From Myxococcota bacterium (GTDB lineage: Bacteria; Myxococcota_A; Polyangia; Polyangiales; Houyiibacteriaceae): 64,000 nt of DNA. The translations under genes were made by a program, and so were the position numbers. Location: the NCBI GenBank assembly GCA_039030515.1, contig JBCCEA010000006.1, positions 1 to 64,000 of the forward strand, written 5' to 3'. This document shows positions 37,908-45,547 of this stretch, piece by piece; positions within the stretch are counted from its first letter, which is position 1, and every line of letters begins with the position of its first letter. Below the pieces are notes generated by a model. It was given only the letters and a program-made list of their open reading frames with translations, searched no databases and was not told the origin of the DNA.

Positions 37908-39473
37908 GTGAGAGTGATCAAATACATCCATTTCCTCCCTCTGTGTACAGTCGCCTTTTTTTGGGGCTGTGCTGCGGAAACCAACTCCGATGCGGGGGTT
38001 TCCATGGACTCTCAAAGTGCGGTTGGAGTGGCTCCCCACGTGCTCGCGCTTTCGAGCTACGAAGCGAGTCTTGGTAGCGTTATCGAACTTTACGGCACCG
38101 ACTTTCCTGAGCGCACGCTCGGCACTTCGGGGGCTCGGTTCCTTGGCGTGTACGAGACCACCTTTGGGCAGCTCTACGAAGTTGATCTAGAGGTCAACAT
38201 GATCCGGGTCGACGGTGGAACGCTACGTTGGTCCTCCTTTGGTCCGTATCAGATTCCCTTTTCGCCCAATGGTGAGCTTGGCGTGTTCCGGGGTACGATT
38301 GGGGCGTATGCTCGGGACGCCCAAGGACGTTTTATCCACGATCAAAATCCGCTCGCGGTCGAATTTAGAGTGCTGCCCTCCATTTTGGTAAATGAGCTTC
38401 AGCCTACGGACGCCGACTGTGGACAGCCAGTTTCGCGGGCCATCGGCGGTTTGCCATACCGAATCTCGGTCCAGGCGATGGGTTTCGACCCAGTGACCTA
38501 CACGTACACGCTCAGCGCGCCCGGACTTGACGGTGTTCAACCGGTTCAGATTCGTCGGGTGGCGGCCGGACCGTACGACACGTTAGGCACGGACCGTACA
38601 TTTGGCTTTCCAGCGGTTCCGGACGGAATGAAGTCGTACGGCGCCGTACTGAATATCTCTGCTGAGGGCCGAACCGGAGAGAGCTACAGCAGTACCTTCG
38701 CTTTAAATGTCCATAACGCCGTAGAGATCTACTACGACGGAACCACCCTGGTCCAGCAGCGTTTCGCGCCGATACCCGTTTCGGGCTGTATCGAAGGCGG
38801 TCTTAATGGTCGCTTCGTGACTTACACTGAGTCGGAGACAGAAACTCGCCAGAGGACCTGGAGTGTTCACGTGGGCGAGAGCTGGAGCACGACCAATTCA
38901 GAGAGCCAATCGGTATCGACGTATTCTCAGGTGACCGATCACAACTCGATCACGGTTACCTACACCGAGGGCGATTCCCTTACGACCGAAGTCGGTGGCG
39001 ATATAAACCAAGAAATAACTTTAGCCGGAGCGATTAAAGCCGGGTTTACAGCAAATTACAGCAGGAGCGAAGAAGAATCAAGATCCACCAGCGACGCCTC
39101 CACCGAAGGCAGCTCCCAAACCGAAGGCGAAGCTACCACCGACACGAGCGGGACTGCAGATAGCAACGCTCAGTCTCAGGGCGAAGATTTCTCAGAAACT
39201 ATCAGTTCATCCGACACGATTTCTCGTTCCTTCGGAGGCGAAATCTTCGCTGAATCCGCGGGTGCTTTTTACCGTCAGACAACCCGGTTGCTTCGAAGGG
39301 GAGATCTGGTCATCTACAACCTCTGCGGCGTATCCACCAGCACGGGCGAAGTCGATTTTTACGATTGGACCTGGGCGCCCGACCTAGCGCCGGGACCCTC
39401 TTGCCAGACGTTCCCCCAGAGTTTGTTGCCTGCTGCAGACTGCTTCCTTGAACCATGCATGACGGGACCGTGA
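37908..39473 (+). CDS. Putative lipoprotein with Ig-like domains and a long Ser/Thr-rich region resembling aerolysin/ETX-MTX2 beta-pore-forming proteins
   Basis: Signal peptide ending FFWGC (start 37902-37914; the ORF-track start at 37644 looks too long). About 140 Ser/Thr/Glu-rich residues are centred on a hydrophobic hairpin. Confidence 0.65.
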   Translation: MRVIKYIHFLPLCTVAFFWGCAAETNSDAGVSMDSQSAVGVAPHVLALSSYEASLGSVIELYGTDFPERTLGTSGARFLGVYETTFGQLYEVDLEVNMIRVDGGTLRWSSFGPYQIPFSPNGELGVFRGTIGAYARDAQGRFIHDQNPLAVEFRVLPSILVNELQPTDADCGQPVSRAIGGLPYRISVQAMGFDPVTYTYTLSAPGLDGVQPVQIRRVAAGPYDTLGTDRTFGFPAVPDGMKSYGAVLNISAEGRTGESYSSTFALNVHNAVEIYYDGTTLVQQRFAPIPVSGCIEGGLNGRFVTYTESETETRQRTWSVHVGESWSTTNSESQSVSTYSQVTDHNSITVTYTEGDSLTTEVGGDINQEITLAGAIKAGFTANYSRSEEESRSTSDASTEGSSQTEGEATTDTSGTADSNAQSQGEDFSETISSSDTISRSFGGEIFAESAGAFYRQTTRLLRRGDLVIYNLCGVSTSTGEVDFYDWTWAPDLAPGPSCQTFPQSLLPAADCFLEPCMTGP

Positions 39474-39530
39474 GTGTTTAGGCCATACGTCTCATTCTAA
39501 TATGCATCGCGTTCTATCAGTGAGCTCCCT

Positions 39531-40703
39531 TTGATGTACCGGAACCAAAACCCAACTCAACCCGTCCAAACCCAACACGATTCGACCCAACACGATTCGA
39601 CCCAACACGATTCGACCCAACGCAGCCCTGTCGAGTCGAATCGTGGAGCGAAGGCGTACGCCGGGTACACCGAGCTCGGGGCATCGGAGGTAAGCGGGCG
39701 TTCGGGTGTGGCAGTAGGAGTGACAGAGGGGGTGCAGGAGGGTCAGAAGGGCCAGCGCCCCGGAAGCGGAGGAGCGAAGGCGTACGCCGGGTACACCGAG
39801 CTCGGAGCATCGGAGGTAAGCGGGCGTTCGGGCCCTGCTGCACCCCCTCTTCTGATTGCGGTCCTGATGGGTTCCTTATCCACCGCCTGCCAGCCACTAT
39901 CCGTAAATACCGACGCGGGACCTATCTTTGACACCGGCTCGGATGAGCCTCCTGCCGCCCCTGTGCTTCTCGAAGCGTACAACCCAGTCCCCTGGCCGAT
40001 CGCCACGGTTCGGGGTACCGCGGTTGATGCACGTCGCGTACTCGTTCGAGGCCCCGGTAAACCCGTATCTGTGTCGACTCAATCGGATGGCAGCTTTTGT
40101 TTTGACGCTAATTTGCAAAGTCAGGGTTTGTTTGAATTTGAATTGTTAGCCCAAAACTCACGCGGTCTTGTTTCCGAGAATGCGCTGTACGTCACTGTCG
40201 AGCATACTGACAACGCGCCGTTCATTCAGAACGCAACTACCTGTAGCGGCGGTAGTCCAACAGGCTGCAGTGGAACCGTCGAGATTTGCGGCAACGGCCG
40301 TGACGACGATTGCGATGGGGCGACGGACGATGCCGACTCGGAGTGCCAAAGCTGTGATGATGATGTCCTCGAGGAGAACGACAACATAACTGCCCCGATA
40401 ATCGAGACGCCCGCTGCGTTCAACAGCCTCAACCTCTGTGACGACGACTACTACGGTATTTTGGCAAATGCAGGAGATACGATCGTCGCTACGGTTAGTT
40501 ACTCAGGCTCTGGAAACATAGATATCCAACTCATCGATGTGAATACGTCTACCGTGCTTGTCACCGCCGCAACAAACGGTAGTGAGCAGATAAGCTTTAC
40601 GGTAGAAGCAGGCGGCCGACACGCCTTACGTGTGTATTCCCCCCAAAATGATCAAATCTTTTACACATTGACGCTCTCAGTATCGCCTGCTGCCGACTCG
40701 TAA
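39531..40703 (+). CDS. Putative lipoprotein with Ig-like, Cys/Asp-rich metal-binding motif and PPC-like domains; 5' end built from repeats
   Basis: LLIAVLMGSLSTAC lipobox-like segment, EICGNGRDDDCDGATDD, and DD.LEEND...DDDYY...GD.I...NIDIQL PPC pattern. Confidence 0.75.
   Translation: MMYRNQNPTQPVQTQHDSTQHDSTQHDSTQRSPVESNRGAKAYAGYTELGASEVSGRSGVAVGVTEGVQEGQKGQRPGSGGAKAYAGYTELGASEVSGRSGPAAPPLLIAVLMGSLSTACQPLSVNTDAGPIFDTGSDEPPAAPVLLEAYNPVPWPIATVRGTAVDARRVLVRGPGKPVSVSTQSDGSFCFDANLQSQGLFEFELLAQNSRGLVSENALYVTVEHTDNAPFIQNATTCSGGSPTGCSGTVEICGNGRDDDCDGATDDADSECQSCDDDVLEENDNITAPIIETPAAFNSLNLCDDDYYGILANAGDTIVATVSYSGSGNIDIQLIDVNTSTVLVTAATNGSEQISFTVEAGGRHALRVYSPQNDQIFYTLTLSVSPAADS
39570..39645. repeat. 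15-bp tandem repeat ACCCAACACGATTCG x3.5 plus an inverted partial copy
   Basis: Copies at 39570, 39585, 39600 and partial 39615; GTCGAATCGTG at 39635-39645 is the reverse complement of part of the unit. Confidence 0.9.
39645..39832. repeat. 62-bp direct repeat, 2 copies, 1 mismatch
   Basis: GGAGCGAAGGCGTACGCCGGGTACACCGAGCTCGG(G/A)GCATCGGAGGTAAGCGGGCGTTCGGG at 39645-39706 and 39771-39832. Confidence 0.95.
39725..39850. mobile_element. 126-bp MITE-like element with 20-bp terminal inverted repeats
   Basis: Left AGAGGGGGTGCAGGAGGGTC versus reverse complement of right AGAGGGGGTGCAGCAGGGCC (18/20). No transposase and no clear target-site duplication. Confidence 0.6.
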
Positions 40704-40894
40704 AATCTTCTGTACTTACCGTGCAGAAAAAACTCGTTATTGCGTTTTCTCAAGTGCCGTTATGCATTCCATTCGATACATATTTAGGCGAAAGCCGTGC
40801 TCAGCGTTCCTGCCCATTGGTAGTGGAATTGGCCCTTGCAATAAAGGCCTTCTGCCGTAGTTGGAGTCCCCATGAATGAAGGTATATCGAGCCG

Positions 40895-41557
40895 ATGTCC
40901 ATGAATAGATCACTGATCCAGTTTGCATTCATGGGCGCTGTAAGCTTTTCGCTTGTCGAGCCGGCTCAAGCCCAAACGGCGCAGGATGTTGCAAGAGCGA
41001 GAGCACGACTCTCTCATGAACCCACGGTGAGTGAGGCTACCAACGAAGCCCTGCGCTACTTTCGCGTTCATCCGGGCGCACTCGATTCGATGCGTCGTCG
41101 AGCTCGCGCAAGAGGATCGGTTCCAATTCTCTCCGTAGGTTATCGTTTCGACGACCACGACTACGAGCGGTTTGAGGTTCAGGAGATTACCGACCCAAGA
41201 CGCAATGAAGAAAGTACAGGATCTCACACTCGTTCCTTCAGCGCGGGCGGGATCTGGGACTTCCGCGAGTTCATGTTCCACCCGTCTGAGGTTCAGGTCT
41301 ACGGCGTCGTCGGTATCCAACGTGACGTGATGCTCGAGGTGACGCGTACCTATTTCCTCCGTCGTCAGCTGCAGCTTCGCCTCTTACTTCGACCACCCGA
41401 AGACCCCCTCGCGCGTGCTGCGCTCGAGCTCCGGGTTGACGAGTTTTCAGCGGTTCTCGATGTGGTGACCGGCGGATGGTTTTCTTCCGAAAGTGAAAGA
41501 AGACGCTGGGGCACTGGCGAGGAGCCACGAGAGGCTACTGGCCAGGGCACTGAATGA
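40895..41557 (+). CDS. Secreted hypothetical protein with helix/beta-hairpin/helix (half-TolC-like) layout
   Basis: Sec signal ending AQA; EPTVSE...ALRY...RRRAR...P, two amphipathic strands ending WDF, then EVTRTYF.RR.LQ and LD..TGGWF. Confidence 0.7.
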   Translation: MSMNRSLIQFAFMGAVSFSLVEPAQAQTAQDVARARARLSHEPTVSEATNEALRYFRVHPGALDSMRRRARARGSVPILSVGYRFDDHDYERFEVQEITDPRRNEESTGSHTRSFSAGGIWDFREFMFHPSEVQVYGVVGIQRDVMLEVTRTYFLRRQLQLRLLLRPPEDPLARAALELRVDEFSAVLDVVTGGWFSSESERRRWGTGEEPREATGQGTE

Positions 41558-41785
41558 GGTTCGACCTCTAAACAATGTGTGATGCACTCCGGATTTTCGT
41601 TCCTAGCCCGCTATTCACTAAGATGTTGCTGAAACATATTCTTATCGCTTCACGCTAGGGGAGTGAACACTGTTGTTCGACAGTTAGAGCGACCCGAACG
41701 CATTACCCATTCCGGGCGTTTGCATGAGCCTCAGTCTCCGCGAGCGAGTTGGTAAAGCGTACGAGTAGAGCGCTCTAGGTCATCC

Positions 41786-43906
41786 ATGATTTTGCTTCGT
41801 CCGAACGCTATTCTAGTGCAGACCGTACTCGTTCTGCTCGCTGCCGTGTTGAGCTCGAAGGCAGAAGCTCAAGTTGAAGACATCGCTACGCGGGCACCCT
41901 ATGAGATATTGGCTCCAGGTGCGTACCTCGAAGATGACGCTCCACTTGGCCCAGTTCCGCTCGGCCCTCAACCACAAGAGATTTCCGAGTTAGGCTCGTA
42001 TCTCCCGCAGGTCGATATCGATGCCCGAGACTTGAGCAGTGAGCGTCCGGTTGAGATGCCCTCTGCCTATGACGCTGCCCGAGAGCTGGATAGTTCCGGC
42101 AAGGGGTCGTGGCGTTGGCAACAGGTGTTGGCGGCACCTCGCATCGGTGGCCGGCTCACAACGGTAACCGTCGACCAAACCAACCCTTCGCGACTTTTTG
42201 TGGGCACCGAGGAGGGAACGGTTCTGCGCTCTACGGATGGCGGAGTGACCTGGCGCGAGATCGAGATCTCCCCTCACATTAGGCAGCATCGGGGTCTCAC
42301 GCGGGTTGAAGTCGATATGAGCTATCAAGAATCTTTTCATAGTTTCTTGGAGCCGATGAAGGAAGGAAATCCCGTCAATCACCGTCTTCTGCCGCGAAGT
42401 GGATTCGGAAAATACATCTTTCACATCAATTCGATAGTGGTCTACAACATGTTTTTGCCGGGCAGTCATATCGGGCAGGCATGGCTTTTTCCGCTCGAGC
42501 CTCGGTTGACGCCTTCGGAGAACCTACTCAACACAACGCTTGAAGGCGACGGTGAATATCTAAATCCGGTCAAGCACATAGCGATTTGTCCTGGTTCTCC
42601 GTTTCCGATTTTGGTAGCCACGCGCGAGGAACTTTGGGGTTCCTACGATGATGGCTTGACGTACGTACAGCTTTTTCAAAAGCCGAGTACTCGGATGCTG
42701 CACGTGGTCTGCTCGAAGACGGACACGAGCGAGATCTTATTGCTGACTACGTTCGGCGTATTCTCATCCAACGACGGTGGCGTTACGTTCCAGCAGGACA
42801 CCTCCGGTCAGCCCGGACGCCCTTCCTATGCAGCGGCTATACGATCAGACGGAACGCGCTTTGTCGCGTCAGAAGCAGGTTTGTATGTGGGCGCGGGCGG
42901 CCTGATTCCCCTCTACCCGGACTACAACAACTCCGGAACCATACCTTGGACGACGATCCTTTGGGTGGAGACGATCGGCGATCAGATCTGGCTCGGAACA
43001 CGTGACGGACTGCGCGCCTCCTATGATGGTGGGACCTCTTGGCACAACATCGCGCGTTTGAGTTTTGGCAGGCACAGCATCTCGCAGGTGGTCGCGGGCT
43101 CGACGGAAGACGGTAGACCAAGAATCGCGGTTATTGCGCTCGACTGCAACGTTGCGCCTACCGCGGGTGGAACGACGTGCCGCAATACGAGCGTCTGGGC
43201 AAGTGATGACGGGGGCGACAACTGGTATCCGTTTTTCGTCGGAATGACCCGACGTACGATTCGACGTATGGCTGCGGTACCGGGAGCCATGAGCAGATGG
43301 TGGGTCGTCACCGGCGGTGAACTCTGGTCTACCGCCGCGCCGCAGCAGCAACCACATTTGGTCGATGAACGGGCGGCACGATGGGCTCGCGATCAACTGA
43401 GAACCACCATACCGCTTTGGTTGGTCATCGACGATGTCTTAACCAATCTCCACCTCGACGAGCAAAGTCTAGAGTCTTTGGCGAGACAGTCTCAGTTCCG
43501 AGCGCTTCCCATTCGCGCAGATTTTGGAGTCAAGTATCATCTCACCGACGATTCCCGATTTGAAACTCGATACCCTCTGAGATTTTCTGAGATTTACGAA
43601 TCGGAGCAGTCCCGAGATCTCGAAGTCACGCTCACCCTTCGTTGGCGTCTTGGTGACTCGATGCTTTCCAATCTTGAACTCCACCCACGCCGTACTCTGC
43701 TTTACCGATTGCGTCAGGATGTCGCGTTTGCTCTCGAGGACGCGTGGCACGAACGCATGATTCACCTTCGACACTTAGCTCGCGGGATGAATGATCCGCT
43801 GCAGATCGCTGTCTTGAAAGCGCGTATCGAATCCCTGAACACGATCATCGCCACCTGGTTGGAAAGGCCCCCGACCCAAGATGCACTCTCTGCGGTCGCA
43901 TGGTAA
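41786..43906 (+). CDS. Secreted BNR/Asp-box beta-propeller protein with a C-terminal domain related to the upstream protein
   Basis: Signal ending AEA; Asp-box repeats RSTDGGVTW, SYDDGLTY, SNDGGVTF, SYDGGTSW and SDDGGDNW. Confidence 0.8.
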   Translation: MILLRPNAILVQTVLVLLAAVLSSKAEAQVEDIATRAPYEILAPGAYLEDDAPLGPVPLGPQPQEISELGSYLPQVDIDARDLSSERPVEMPSAYDAARELDSSGKGSWRWQQVLAAPRIGGRLTTVTVDQTNPSRLFVGTEEGTVLRSTDGGVTWREIEISPHIRQHRGLTRVEVDMSYQESFHSFLEPMKEGNPVNHRLLPRSGFGKYIFHINSIVVYNMFLPGSHIGQAWLFPLEPRLTPSENLLNTTLEGDGEYLNPVKHIAICPGSPFPILVATREELWGSYDDGLTYVQLFQKPSTRMLHVVCSKTDTSEILLLTTFGVFSSNDGGVTFQQDTSGQPGRPSYAAAIRSDGTRFVASEAGLYVGAGGLIPLYPDYNNSGTIPWTTILWVETIGDQIWLGTRDGLRASYDGGTSWHNIARLSFGRHSISQVVAGSTEDGRPRIAVIALDCNVAPTAGGTTCRNTSVWASDDGGDNWYPFFVGMTRRTIRRMAAVPGAMSRWWVVTGGELWSTAAPQQQPHLVDERAARWARDQLRTTIPLWLVIDDVLTNLHLDEQSLESLARQSQFRALPIRADFGVKYHLTDDSRFETRYPLRFSEIYESEQSRDLEVTLTLRWRLGDSMLSNLELHPRRTLLYRLRQDVAFALEDAWHERMIHLRHLARGMNDPLQIAVLKARIESLNTIIATWLERPPTQDALSAVAW

Positions 43907-44024
43907 ATAAAGGGCGATTCCTCACGATGAGCAGAACATGCAACACTGAGGACGGGGGGCCACCAACGCGTCGTTCCGCATCCCCACGACGTTTCCATCG
44001 AGAGCAATTCCACAATCCGATCTC

Positions 44025-45374
44025 ATGAAGCGACTCAAGCTCCATCACTGGATTCTATTGGCGATGGTCTTTGCGATTGCGATCGGCCTCCCGCTTAACC
44101 TGCTCGACCCTACCTACTTAGTGGTCGACGACCAGGGATCGACCCGCACTGTTCACCTAAGTCAAATCGCTGCTGATTTCGGCCGCGGACTGGGCGATAT
44201 TTTTTTGCGACTCCTTACTATGGTGGTCGTTCCATTGGTCGTGTCCTCGCTGATCACGGGGGTGACCAGTATGGGGGGGCCTCGTCAATTGGGTCGTTTC
44301 GGAGCACGTGCCCTGCTCTACTACGCAGCTACGAGTATTTTGGCGATCACCGCGGGCATCCTCATGGTGAACCTGATCGACCCCGGCGGTGATGTGGATC
44401 TCTCGATCTTGCGAGACCACGCCCAAGGAGCACGGATATCTCCCGAAATCGCTCAGCCGGGCTCCATGCATCAGATTCTCTGGAATCAGTTGATATCGAT
44501 GATTCCCTCAAACCCGATAAAGGCTGCGAGCAGTGGCGATATGCTCGCGATTATTTTCTTCTCCATCATGCTCGGGGTGTTCATTTCTGCTTCTCGAGAC
44601 GGCGCGACAAGCTCCGGTGAGCAATTGGCCCGGTTCTTCGCCGCGCTCTTCGATGTCATGATGAAGATGACCCTGTTTCTCGTGCACCTCGCTCCCGCTG
44701 GCGTCTTTGGATTCATGCTTTACGCAGCAGCTGGAAAGGGGCTCGCTGCATTTGAAGCTTTGGGTTGGTACGTCCTCACTGTCTTTTTGGCGCTCGCGGT
44801 GCATGCCTGTATCACGCTACCCCTTCTGCTCCGATTCTTATCCGGACGTGCACCGATGGCTTTTGCCAAAGCGATGATGCCTGCGCTCCTCACCGCATTC
44901 AGTACCGCAAGCAGCAGCGGTACCCTTCCACTGACGATCAGCTGTGCAGAGCAGCGAGCAGGTATCAGCAATCGAGTGAGCTCCTTTGTTTTGCCGCTTG
45001 GTGCCACGGTGAACATGGACGGTACCGGCCTATATGAAGTCGTTGCGGTGCTGTTTATCGCCCAGGTGTCGGGAATCGATCTGTCCGTTGCCCAACAAGT
45101 AGTCGTCGCACTCACCGCTCTGCTCGTGAGCATTGGTGCGGCTGGCATTCCTCATGCAGGAATGGTCATGATGGTTGTGGTGTTGCAGGCCGTGGGACTC
45201 GACGTCTCCCTCGTTGGCCTCATTCTGGCGGTAGATCGGGTCCTGGACATGCTACGAACTTCGGTCAACGTGTGGTCAGACAGCACGGCGGCTGCTTTCG
45301 TGGCCCATCTGGATAAGGACTCCGCTTCTCGGAAAGCCGGGTTGTCGAGTAGAGTCGTAACCGCTGAGGAATAA
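44025..45374 (+). CDS. Dicarboxylate/amino acid:cation symporter (DAACS, GltP family)
   Basis: AFSTASSSGTLP, LPLGATVNMDGT, SIGAAGIP and DRVLDMLRTSVNVWSD. Confidence 0.95.
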   Translation: MKRLKLHHWILLAMVFAIAIGLPLNLLDPTYLVVDDQGSTRTVHLSQIAADFGRGLGDIFLRLLTMVVVPLVVSSLITGVTSMGGPRQLGRFGARALLYYAATSILAITAGILMVNLIDPGGDVDLSILRDHAQGARISPEIAQPGSMHQILWNQLISMIPSNPIKAASSGDMLAIIFFSIMLGVFISASRDGATSSGEQLARFFAALFDVMMKMTLFLVHLAPAGVFGFMLYAAAGKGLAAFEALGWYVLTVFLALAVHACITLPLLLRFLSGRAPMAFAKAMMPALLTAFSTASSSGTLPLTISCAEQRAGISNRVSSFVLPLGATVNMDGTGLYEVVAVLFIAQVSGIDLSVAQQVVVALTALLVSIGAAGIPHAGMVMMVVVLQAVGLDVSLVGLILAVDRVLDMLRTSVNVWSDSTAAAFVAHLDKDSASRKAGLSSRVVTAEE

Positions 45375-45547
45375 AGGGTCTCTCCAGAGTCCCAGTCGGA
45401 ATTTCGTTTACGCACGTGACGTCAGCGTCTACGAGTTGGAATGTCGGCGCAGGAGCCCCAACAATGGTTGTTCGGTACAACAAGGGTCGCACGGTGATGC
45501 CCAAAAGAGATGCCACGCGATACGGCCATTTTGTGGAACCCTAGCCT

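Noticed and set aside
39645..39832. Mini-CRISPR (two repeats, one spacer)
   Set aside because: The 62-bp repeat is too long, one copy sits inside terminal inverted repeats, and no cas genes are present; a MITE-like origin fits better.
41558..41785. ncRNA or riboswitch in the intergenic gap
   Set aside because: Only short weak hairpins and no motif I recognise; an Rfam search would be needed to exclude it fully.
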